Shown here in pieces: positions 1 to 11,908 of a DNA stretch of 64,000 bases. Both the position numbers and the translations under genes were made by a program. The notes below the pieces were generated by a model. The model did not search any database. It saw only the letters and a program-made list of their open reading frames with translations, and had not been told where the DNA came from. The first letter of the stretch is position 1, and every line of letters starts with the position of its first letter. This DNA comes from Eledone cirrhosa (lineage: Eukaryota), in assembly GCA_964016885.1 (NCBI GenBank), contig OZ024742.1:179056001-179120000 (forward strand), read 5' to 3'.

Positions 1-1526
1 TAGAAAGAGCTAAGCACCACCAGCACATATAATATATGTCGATAAAATAAATAAACCGAAATTTGACCGACACATTTGTCCCACAAAGTAATAACTGTGT
101 ATTGTTGCTTATAAACATTGAAGTATCACATAAATTGTTCTGTTCAAACGATGAAAGAGTTAAAAACGTTTTATTGTCACACCTCACTGATTGTGCATGT
201 GGGGATATTATACAAAGAAAAAATCAACTCAAATTACACACACCATAAGACGTTTTGTTCTTATCCTTCCACCATCCAAGTAGCTACCTCGCTAAATTTG
301 TTTTAGCTGTGACCACTCCCATCATGTAGCAAATATTTGATTTTATTACTCACTGAGAGTTTCTTCTTTGGTTTACTCTTGGGTCTATTTTTGGTCTTTC
401 TCTTGCATGCTTCTATCATATCTTCAATGAAACATTGTCAGCTTTCCTCTCAAGTTCACGAATCATTGTTCTGCTATTCTTCATAATTGCTATAACAACC
501 AGGCAGGGCATATTGGATTTAGTTACAATATCACAGCATCCAATATTGTGAGATGCAAGGTTCGCATTTTAGACTCTTCTTCTAATATACTCACTTTATA
601 TTGCCTTCCAAAGACACTGTCAACTCAATTTTGACTCAAACTAGTTAACGTTTCGAAATAGTCGAATATGTTAAGTATATACGTCCCTTGAGACGGAAAA
701 AAGTGGACCAATTGCATGCGAGAATCGAAATCACACTTGTTGTATGCCGGAGGGCGATGCTACAATTACACTAAAGCGAGGCTGACCATGAACGCGTCAT
801 TTTAAAGTCTAATCTATCAACCTGTAAATGTAAACAATCACTCGTATTAACGATGCGTTGAGCAAATTATGAATATTGAATGTATATTACATTAAAGTAA
901 GCTGCGTCCACATAGTTTTTTCTCAATGAAAATAGGCGAAAAGGTTGGGAAATAAGACCTGAGAGACAGAAAAAAATTGACAATCTCGCATTTGGGACTC
1001 GAAATCACACCTGCAGTATGGCGGTCGTAATTTTGTAAGTTGTTGTTTCTCGCAGATTTGTTTGTTTTTCTATCTATATTTTGTTGTTGAGATGTTGCAG
1101 TTTGAATGCCATTTGCAGACACATGACATCCATATATCGCTATTTCTATTCTATGTAAAAGAAAATGGTTTGTATAACAATAAAAGGGGAAAAAAATAAA
1201 ATCTCTGATTTTATGTGTTGTCTTTTGTCACCACTGTCCTTCACTTTTCCTATTTCCCGTCCTCCTCCTCCCCCTCCCCCTCCTCCTCCTCCCCTCCTCC
1301 TCTTCCTCCCCCTCCTCCTCCTCCTCATCATCATTATCATCATCATCTGCGTAATCACCACCACCGTTATCATAATCATCATCACTATCGTCGTCGTCGT
1401 CGTCGTTGCCATCGTCACCGTCGTTGCCATCGTCACCGCCGTCGTCATCGTCGTCGCCACTGTCGTCGACGTTGTCGTCATCATTATCATCATCATCATC
1501 ATAATCATCGTTACCATCATACTAGT

Positions 1527-2410
1527 CGTCGGACGCCATGCTTTCCAGCATAGTTACGTCCCTTTACGATCTGAGTTCAAATTCCGCCGAGGTTGACTTT
1601 GCCTTTCATCCTTACATCTCTCACCACCACCATCACTACCGACCCCACCACAACCACTATCATAACATCATCAGCATTATCATTATTATCATGGCGGTAA
1701 AGGGCAGTGGATTAGCAGTATTGGTAGAGGGTCGAACGCCATGCTTTGACTCATAGAGTTACGGCCCTTGCCATTCTGAGTTCAAATCCTGCCGAGGTTA
1801 ACTTTGCCTTTCATCCTGACGAGGTCGATAAAATAAAGTACCAGTAATGCACTGGGTTATTGCAAAAGTAGAAACAATTATTATCATGGTGGTAAGGCGG
1901 TGGATTGGCAGTATCGGTAGAGGGTCGGACGCCATGCTTTCCAGCATAGTTACGTCCCTTTACGTTCTGAGTTCAAATCCCGCCGAGGTTGACTTTGCCT
2001 TTCATCCTTACGGGGTCGATAAAATAAAGTACCAGTAATGTACTGGCGTAATTGCTGGCCTTGAGCTGAAAGTAGAAACAATTATCTCTATTATCATGGC
2101 TTAGTGGTTAGAGTGGTTAGAGCTTACAATCGTAAGGTTGTGAGTTCGATCCTCCGACCGGGCTTTGCGTTGTCCTCTTGAGCAAGACACTTTATTTTAC
2201 GTTGCTCCAGTTTACTCAAGGTCGGTGGATTGGCAGTATCGGTAGAGCATCAGACACCATGCTTTGCATCATAGAGTTATGGCCCTTTACGTTCTGAGTT
2301 CAAATCCCACCGAGGTTAACTTTGCCTTTCACCCTTACGGGGTCGATGAAATAAAGTACCAGTAATGCACTGGGGTAATTGCTGGCCTTGAGCTGAAAGT
2401 AGAAACAATT
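1527..2410 (+). mobile_element. Tandem cluster of tRNA-derived SINEs (about 1527-1612, 1701-1880, 1895-2085, 2221-2410, plus a second family at 2098-2218)
   Basis: Repeated GGCGGTGGATTGGCAGTATCGGTAGAG..GAGTTCAAATCC..GCCTTTCATCCTTACGGGGTCGATAAAATAAAGTACCAG..AGTAGAAACAATTA. Confidence 0.88.
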
Positions 2411-2459
2411 ATCTCGATTATCGTCGCCACCATCATTGGCATTAACATCATAAGCCTGG

Positions 2460-2676
2460 TCATCCCCACCATCATCATCATCATCATCCCCATCCCCATC
2501 ATCACGATCATCATCATGATCATCACCACCGCCACCACCATCATCATCATCATCATCATCATCACCACCGCCATCGTCATCATCATCATCACCACCACCA
2601 CCACCACCATCATCATCACCGTCATCATCATCATCACCATCATCATCATCATCGTCATCGTCGTCATCATCGTCAC

Positions 2677-2708
<32 letters not shown>

Positions 2709-2711
2709 CTG

Positions 2712-2750
<39 letters not shown>

Positions 2751-2940
2751 GCATCGTCGTCATCGTCGTCGTCGTCATCCTTATCACCACCACCACCACC
2801 ACCACCACCACCACCACCACCACCACCACCACCACTACCACCACCACCACTACCACCACCACCACCACCACTACCACCACCACCAACACCACCACCACCT
2901 CCACCACCACCACCATCACCACCACCACCATCATCATCAT
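2460..2940. repeat. (CAT)n/(CAC)n compound microsatellite (also 1260-1520)
   Basis: Direct reading. Confidence 0.95.
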
Positions 2941-3068
2941 CGATTGCTGTAAGGTGATACGTGAATCTTATCTATAAGCAAGTTATTATTCTGAATAGTT
3001 CTTCAAAGAGAGCGTTCCCGATAACTAAATAAAAACAAAAACTCGCAAGCCGCCATCATAAATAAACG

Positions 3069-3116
<48 letters not shown>

Positions 3117-3148
3117 GCAACGACAACAACGAAAAATGAAAGAAGGAA

Positions 3149-3179
<31 letters not shown>

Positions 3180-3356
3180 GTAAAGCGAGAAATCAAAGTA
3201 GAAGAGACATTTAATAATGACAAGAGGTGATTTATGTTGGGTGGGGTAAACACCCATGGATGGTTAAACACAAATGGGGAACAAACGACGTTGTTACAAG
3301 TGATGTAGTTATTCACCTCGTTTATGTGACAGCGTGAACATGTGTAGATGGCGCGC

Positions 3357-3407
<51 letters not shown>

Positions 3408-3412
3408 CATCC

Positions 3413-3490
<78 letters not shown>

Positions 3491-3543
3491 AATACAATAT
3501 CGGAGAAAGCTTTTTAGCGATACTATATATATATATAGCGATA

Positions 3544-3577
<34 letters not shown>

Positions 3578-3630
3578 AATACAATATCGGAGAAAGCTTT
3601 TTAGCGATACTATATATATATATAGCGATA

Positions 3631-3686
<56 letters not shown>

Positions 3687-3890
3687 CGTCCCTACACGCA
3701 CAAGGCACCAAGGTACGCATTGCTGCTGGCAACAGCGGTGGCTAGTTTGACCTACCTCCTTTTGCCTCTATCTTTGCAACGGCCCTTGATAAACCTGTTC
3801 TACATCATCCACTCTCATCCCAGGAACAGTTTTTGATAGCGCTAGTTTGTGATTTGAATTCAGGAATTTTATATTCTTTGAATGAAAAGA

Positions 3891-3974
3891 ACCTTCTGAC
3901 GAGAATCTCTCTTTGCAACGAAGGCCGTATGGTCTCCGTTTTATTTTTGGGATTCGAAACCGATCGGTAAAGGT
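3891..3974 (+). ncRNA. Type I hammerhead ribozyme
   Basis: ACCTT-CTGACGA-GAATCTC..GGGATTC-GAAA-CCGATCGG-TA-AAGGT: perfect stem I, long loop II, palindromic stem III. Confidence 0.85.
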
Positions 3975-4041
3975 AACTATAGTAGGTAAAGTCAATTTTT
4001 TAAAATTTATTTTGAAACTTTTTCATTATTTACTAAACCTT

Positions 4042-4177
<136 letters not shown>

Positions 4178-4418
4178 TTACTGACAAGTTTATATGTAAC
4201 TCATATATATCTTCACTGAACTTCATCATCTGTTGTGCTTTTACCACTGTCTTTTCACATATGTGTATATATATATATGTGTGTGTGTGTGTGTATATAT
4301 ATATATCCCGGGTTCAATCGGGGGTAACAACAGTAACCGCAGTAAGTCAAAAATTCGATGAGACTTCTAACAATCTCATATATCTATATATATCTGTCTC
4401 TCACTTTCTCTCTCCCCC

Positions 4419-4473
<55 letters not shown>

Positions 4474-4514
4474 TTCAAAATATTAATAAATGAGAAATAT
4501 TATCATAACCAAAG

Positions 4515-4585
4515 TATATATTTTATTATACATATTTCAAAGGTACAATGGTGTTTCAGTACGCTTTCATCAGATAAAATATATA
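4515..4585 (-). ncRNA. Type I hammerhead ribozyme (Penelope-like)
   Basis: TATATATTTTAT-CTGATGA-AAGCGTAC..GTACCTTT-GAAA-TATGTA-TA-ATAAAATATATA. Confidence 0.75.
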
Positions 4586-4846
4586 AGAGATTGGTTATAC
4601 GACATACGGCTGGTAGTCCACTTTATATACTTTGGTCATTTATATTATATTTTGAATAATATTATAGATATTCCAGAAAAACTGTCGAGTGCTTCTAATC
4701 TATTGTAAAATTGAATTCGTCGATTATTCAACGAACCATATAAACTTTTGGTTATATATATATATATATATGTATATATAGGGAGAGAGCACTCCGTCCA
4801 TGGGACGAGTACAGTAGAAGTAGTAACACAACGGTTAGTTCACCAT

Positions 4847-4889
4847 ACCGAGAACAATTGTTTCACCTTATGCGGATCTTCAGCTCGGA
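4847..4889 (-). ncRNA. Minimal type I hammerhead ribozyme
   Basis: CCGAG-CTGAAGA-TCCGCATAAGGT-GAAA-CAATTG-TT-CTCGG. Confidence 0.75.
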
Positions 4890-5137
4890 CTGGTACTGGT
4901 TATAGGGAACAGGAAGAAGAACTGCATGAACGCGCATGCGCAGCGCAGAAACGGTCACTTTACCCAAGCGATATAAAACCACGGGGTTCCTTACACCTTT
5001 CGCCCGTGGTTTTGTATCGGTTGGGTGAAGTGACCGTTTCTTATGTGTGTGTGCGTGCGTGTATATGTATATGTATGTATGTATGCTATAAACATTGTAT
5101 ATTATATATATGTATCAACAGTACATTATATATATAA

Positions 5138-5210
<73 letters not shown>

Positions 5211-5212
<2 letters not shown>

Positions 5213-5497
5213 CGATATTAAACAAATGGAAGCTATATTTATAAAATCATATTTATTTCATTATATATATTTCAGGGATATCATATTAAAAATATGGTAT
5301 GCCTTCCTCAGACAAAATACAATATATAAACCGTTTTATAAATAAATTATTTATTTATTTATTTATTTATAAAACGGTTTATATATTGTATTTTGTCTGA
5401 GGAAGGCATACCATATTTTTAATATGATATCCCTGAAATATATATAATGAAATAAATATGATTTTATAAATATAGCTTCCATTTGTTTAATATCGTA
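5211..5497. repeat. Near-perfect palindrome carrying two hammerhead motifs (5248-5325 -, 5383-5460 +)
   Basis: ~135-bp arms around a (TTTA)n centre; ATATTGTATTTTGT-CTGAGGA-stem II-GAAA-TATATA-TA-ATGAAATAAATAT. Confidence 0.85.
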
Positions 5498-5583
5498 AAC
5501 CGACTCCAAAAACTTGTTGAGTGCTTTTATATCAGTTATAAAATATTTACTCGTTGTAACCCAACAATTTTAAATAAAACTTT

Positions 5584-5653
<70 letters not shown>

Positions 5654-5824
5654 TGAAAGAATGACGAGTAACATGGTTGGCTGTACAATAAGGGGCTTTA
5701 TTTAAAGTACTGACAATTGTTTCGTTGATCAGGTGAGTCTAGAGTTCGCTAATCGCTTGAAGTTGCGTCATTCGATCTCACAACCTCTAACTGGATTACC
5801 TATAACGATAACTTTTTATCCCAT

Positions 5825-6630
5825 CTCACTTTTCGTTGCTTCACCATCTTTGTATGTTTACACCCTCGCTGTCCCCTTTATTTACGTGTCCCAACGACTT
5901 TTTTTAGCCGTTGTTCGCACCAACCGGAGGTATATGGTCTTTAAAGCGAAGAATTTACCTGTGATGGTTGGAAGATCACTGACGAAGGACCACTTTATTC
6001 ATATGCAACCACGCAGCACGTTTATTCTCATATTTACACATATTTTTTCCCCCGCTGTGACCCGTCTATTTCGTTCTTACTGCTTCCTCTTTCTCTGTAT
6101 CTTTACCCTCTCTAACAGTCACTCCCTCTGTTAGCCTCTTCCTCACCCTTCACTCACTCACTCTCTGTTACTACCTCTCCTCCTCCTCATTCTTCCCGTT
6201 TGACCTGTGCGTAATTCTTTTCTTTCGCACGCTTGGTCAGGCTGGTTCGCCTTTTTTCTCTTTCTCGTCTACGATTTCACAGAACTTATGTTCACCGAAT
6301 TCACAGACTAGACCCCTTCTTCCTCCCGTTAGACCTGTACGGAATTCCTTCCTTGCTCACATTCCAACCAGGTTTGAAGGTCTTTATTCTCTCTCGTTCA
6401 CGATTTCACCGAACTTATATTCATGGAAATTTGGGACTTGCCACGTTCTTCCTCACTTTTCGTTGCTTCACCATCTTTGTTTGTTTACACTGTCGCTGTC
6501 CTCTTTATTTACGTGTCCCAACGACGTTTTTTAGCCGTTGCTCGCACCAACCGGAGGTATATGGTCTTTAAAGCGAAGAAATACCTGTGATGGTTGGAAG
6601 ATCACTGACGAAGGACCACTTTATTCATAT
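5825..6630 (+). repeat. ~180-bp direct repeats (5825-6004, 6452-6630), pseudo-LTR-like, in (TA)n context
   Basis: CTCACTTTTCGTTGCTTCACC...GATCACTGACGAAGGACCACTTTATTCATAT occurs twice; related fragment near 36355-36395 (-). Confidence 0.7.
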
Positions 6631-6654
6631 ATATATATATATAATGGTTTCTTA

Positions 6655-6755
6655 AATAGGTACAAGTCCAGAAATTTTGGGGAGGGGAAAGTCGATTAAA
6701 TCGACACCAGTGCGTGACTGGTACTTTATTTTATCGACCCCGTAAGGATGAAAAG
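6655..6755 (-). mobile_element. SINE 3' fragment
   Basis: CTGGTACTTTATTTTATCGACCCCGTAAGGATGAAA. Confidence 0.7.
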
Positions 6756-7248
6756 AAATAATGAATTTACTTCCATGGAGAATGAATAGAGCCAAATATT
6801 TTCCAAACTTCTATAAGTGCTTAAGTTCAATATATATATATTTCATACATTAACCAGTTAACTACCCAAGTGAGACGAACCACGTGGCTTTAACATAACG
6901 TCTCTTAAAAGGCCGACATTCCTGGGCTGGTCATAAAAACTGCTAAAAATAGCAGTAAAAACAGTCCCTATGGTAACTCTACAAATAAAAAATTTGGAGT
7001 AGTAATACAATAAGTTTAAATTTATACATATATATATATAATGTATATTGATTAAGTTCCTCAACAATGAACGTATAGAACAGCATAATTTCTACAAATT
7101 CAAACGATATATAAAAAAGTCTCTTTCATATATTGAAATCATTAACTCAAGGTAGTCTAAAGTTCACTTATACGGACGTTTCATGATTATTCCGGAATAT
7201 AATGTTTATAATCAATCTAATGATTGGGTTTGATCACCAATCATCGAT

Positions 7249-7312
<64 letters not shown>

Positions 7313-7492
7313 TAAATTTAGCGAGAATCGCATTTCGGCGGGTAGAAATTAGCGAAACGCAACTTCCGTAATGTGTAGACAAGCGCTCGATGGATATGAA
7401 GATACCAGAGCTATAAACATAAGTTTAAAAGGTCATACAAACTGGGACGATGGTTAAGAAGCCATTAACCACCTATATATATATATATATAT

Positions 7493-7622
7493 ATTTATTA
7501 AAATAACAGATTAAAGTTTAAGCAAAGAATCGCTGTTTTCATCCTTAACGGGAGAAGATCCCGTTAAGGGTGAAAGCAGCGATTCTTTGCTTAAACTTTA
7601 ATCTGTTATTTTAATAAATATT
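7493..7622. repeat. ~130-bp inverted repeat; the right arm recurs at 7986-8042
   Basis: ~60-bp arms around GAAGA. Confidence 0.85.
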
Positions 7623-8590
7623 TGCTCTACGGTTCTTATATATTTGATATATATTTATCCTTATCGAGCCCTCTTTGGATTTTAGTCTTCAAATTTATTA
7701 TTATTACTATATATATATATATTCTTAACTCCGAAGCCGAGAATCATTCGGGTTCCTAAATAGAATATTAGTCTAATGATTCCATTTATACCATAAACGT
7801 GGTTTTGTCTTTGCGTGTATTTCTTCTCATCGCACTACATAACAACGTATTATCTTCGTTTTTTCCGTTCATTGCCAGGAAACGTCTTCACGAACCAAAG
7901 TATCGTCTTCCTGTTTTCCTTCGGTTGCAACGTTTTTCGAAATATTTACTTCTGCGTTCACAGATTGATTTTATTTTTAGTTTCAGAAGATCCCGTTAAG
8001 GGTGAAAGCAGCGATTCTTTGCTTAAACTTTAATCTGTTATTGTAAGACCTAAGAGAAGTAGAAATAAATAAATAAATAGATATATAAATAAATAAATAA
8101 ATACATACACAAACACAATAACAACAAACACATATAAACACACACTAGTAAAGATAGAATACATGAACCAATACACAGTCAACCAATCACGAACACACAT
8201 CAAACAAAACACTATACACACACGCAAACGCATGCGCAAAGAAGACAAAATAAAATAAACAAATAAATAAATAAATAAATATATAAACAGACTAAATAAA
8301 GATGGCGTAGAAAATACAATGTAACGGAGGAAACAATAGCACCACTGACGATGTTGCAGATGTGCAACGAAAGAACTTTGATAAACTATATATATGTGTT
8401 TGTGTCTATATTGTATCTGTATTATTTTTGATTGTTGGTCAGTCAATGGCAACATTGAGGACCGAAAAAATTAGATTACCGATATAAAAGACACAGAAGC
8501 GAAAAGCAAAAACCAACCAAACAGTGAGTGTGTTCTGTTATTAATTCTGGCAATATTACACAAATATGACCCTCCCCAAGTATAACAATA

Positions 8591-8686
<96 letters not shown>

Positions 8687-8977
8687 CAGGAGCCGGCGCC
8701 ACCATAAAGGTAAACTAGGCAGCCATATAGGGCGCTGATTTCATGGGACGCATTTCTCCAAACTGAATTCTTTATAATTTCTAAATTGGCACAAGGTCAA
8801 TATTTGGAAGCATATATAATTAATTTAATCAAGGCCTGTGTCTAATTAGAATTTTCATCTTTACTTTGCGTTTCGTCACCATAAGAATAAAAGACTCTTT
8901 CAACGTTAGTTGGATTCGAATTGGCTGCTCTTTCCTTGAGTTTAGTAATATTAATTTAGTGTTCATATATAAATACT

Positions 8978-9020
<43 letters not shown>

Positions 9021-9040
9021 TGAGAGAGAGATACGGATAC

Positions 9041-9103
<63 letters not shown>

Positions 9104-9446
9104 CTCACACATATATACTTGGGTTAGAAAGTGTTTCATAATTAGTAGCAAGTGCTGTCATTAGGAAAACCATTGTGTGTGTGTATGTGTGTATGTGTGT
9201 GTGTGAATGTGTGTGTATGTGTCTGTATATGAATGTGCGTATGTGTATGTGTTGTGCGGCGTAATGATAGTAATAATTGGTAAGAGAGAGTACTATATCA
9301 AAAGAAAGAGGTGTATGCTATGGCATAAAACGATATTATACAACATTATGTTGGGTACCGTTTGGAGATACTAAGGTCTGCTGATTGGCCAGCAATGTGT
9401 ATTATTTCCAATAAAATTAGCTGTTCCGGTTCCTCTACATAATATA

Positions 9447-9572
9447 TAATTGTTTCAATCACTCCAGTGCATTACTGGTACTTTATTTTATCGACCCCGT
9501 AAGGATGAAAAGCAAAGTTAACCTCGGCGGAATTTGAACTCAGACCGTATACCGATACTGCAAATCCACCGT
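9447..9572 (-). mobile_element. tRNA-derived SINE, internally deleted
   Basis: Same core in reverse orientation. Confidence 0.8.
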
Positions 9573-9614
9573 CCTATATATAATATATAATACACACACA
9601 CACACACACATACA

Positions 9615-9648
<34 letters not shown>

Positions 9649-10596
9649 TATATATATATATATATATATGTATATTATACTTGGGTTATAGGGTGTTTCC
9701 TAATTTGTAGCAGGTGCTGTGAATAAGAAAATCATTGTGTAATACGTAAATAGCACTCCACGTCCTGTGTATTCTATCAATTGTGATATGGTATCGTATG
9801 ACGGAGTTAAATACATCAATAACACAACACGAAAACTAGATTTCATAACTTCTCGAATTGTGCAATAGCTTTGATACGTATTTCTGTAATCAGATGACTG
9901 CATTATGACACAATATCGCAATCCATAGACGCTGTCCTCAGATAGTACATTAGGCAATTCATATGTAATCCATATACAAAGCACCGCGATGTAGTGATAC
10001 GGAGACAGACCTTACGTTTGATCGAGACAGACCATTGAAATAACATCAACATTTAGGTCTGTCTCTTATGTATGTATGTACTACTGGCTTTATAATTTAT
10101 AAATGTTTACCAATAGCGAGCGAGTTGGTTTCTAAACATAGATACAAGACACTTTCAGTGGAATTTAGGCAACATCAACTATGTAGATATGTATATATGT
10201 CTGCATGCGAGCTTGTGATTGCAGGTATGGAGGTTCTTGTATGTTAGTATGTGGATGCTTTGGGTTATATGTGTGCTTGTGCATGTTTTTCATCTGTACG
10301 TGTAGATGCAGAATAGAATTTTTGGAATGTTTTACATATATTTACTGTTCCATTAATGGATTGTATTTGTAATTTCTTAACTAGTTGTGTTCTTTCTGTT
10401 TCTGTGAAGCTCAGCTTCTCAAGATTTGTATTGAGGCAGTTACTAACATATCACAGTGTCCCAATGATCACAGGTATAAATTTGAAGGTATTGTCAGTTC
10501 TGTAGATTTCTCATTCGTATGTGTGTATGTATGTATGTATGTATGTATGTATGTATGTATGTATGTATGTATGTATGTATGTATGTATGTATGTAT

Positions 10597-10950
10597 GGAA
10601 GGGCATTGCTGTTGCACTTCCAGACGGCGAGGGTCCTCCTATGGTTCTGACATGCAGCGTCTGTGCGAGACTCTGCCTAAGCAAAGCTGGACTCGAAAGT
10701 CATCTTCGCAGTCATAAAGTAAGACCAGTGGTTGACTACCAGGCTGCTGTTGGAGATGCTACTCATCATGCTTGCCAAACATGTGGTAGAGAATGTTAAT
10801 CAGCAGGAGGGCTCAAGCGACATGCTAAGGTACACGAACTCCAACCACAGCCGACTATTCCCAGTAGATGTTTTGGTTGCCGACTCTGTGCAAGACATTT
10901 TAGATCATTGGCTGGGCTAAAAAGCCCCATTCGATCGCAGCACTGTTAGT
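10597..10950 (+). mobile_element. RTE-type 3' fragment with tandem C2H2-like fingers
   Basis: CSVCARLCLSKAGLESHLRSH, CQTCGREC*SAGGLKRH, CRLCARHFRSLAGLKS; begins directly after (ATGT)n. Confidence 0.65.
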
Positions 10951-10955
10951 TGCTA

Positions 10956-10993
<38 letters not shown>

Positions 10994-11078
10994 GCTTATG
11001 TGCGTGCGTGTGTGTGTATATATATATATATATGAATATGTATATTATTATTGTTGTTGTCGTTATTATTATTATTGC

Positions 11079-11121
<43 letters not shown>

Positions 11122-11194
11122 GTTATTAATGTATGTGTGTATATATGTGTGAGTGTGTGTGTATGTATGTGTGTGTGTATGTATGTATGTATGT

Positions 11195-11228
<34 letters not shown>

Positions 11229-11251
11229 TTAAAATAAAAAAAAAAGGGAAA

Positions 11252-11311
<60 letters not shown>

Positions 11312-11334
11312 TTTCCCTTTTTTTTTTATTTTAA

Positions 11335-11393
<59 letters not shown>

Positions 11394-11405
11394 GTTATTG
11401 TTATT

Positions 11406-11628
11406 CCTTGAATCTCAGTCATTGATGTTGGTTAACTGGAAAGTCCGTTGGATTGAATATCAAGCCACTACCTGCAGCCTCAGATATTCAGGACGTATCG
11501 GAGGGTTCTTGCTGTTCCAAGCAAGCATGCCTTTTGAAGCGTTCCAAAAAGCGTGAAGGGGCCGATTTTCTTTAACCATCCCTGGAAACTTTTGGAGATA
11601 GTCCCCAGTGCGCCTATGACAATCGGGA

Positions 11629-11630
<2 letters not shown>
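11406..11630 (-). mobile_element. 3' fragment of R4/Dong-like RLE LINE
   Basis: Reverse complement nearly identical to 54450-54673 (IPIVIGALGTISKSFQGW...LQKACLLGTARTL plus 3'UTR); bounded by (ATT)n. Confidence 0.88.
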
Positions 11631-11699
<69 letters not shown>

Positions 11700-11908
11700 G
11701 GCGACCTACGTAGGAAATCGTATTATCGTGAGCTCCGCAAAGGTTTGTTATTTCCGTTTGTTTAAAAATTGCCATTTATGGAAAATTTTATTGTTAACTG
11801 TTTATAAGCACACATACATTGTTTTCCGAAAAGGACACCCAAAAAGATTGGGGCCTTGTGCCCAAAATTTTAACTTTTATTATTATCCAAAAATTTCTTT
11901 GAAAAAAA

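Noticed and set aside
712-780. tRNA-like sequence on the minus strand
   Set aside because: A and B boxes are degenerate and there is no cloverleaf; at most an old SINE head
6858-7140. Possible Penelope RT remnant (also 40150-40740 and 43621-43944)
   Set aside because: No diagnostic RT or GIY-YIG motif recognisable without a profile search
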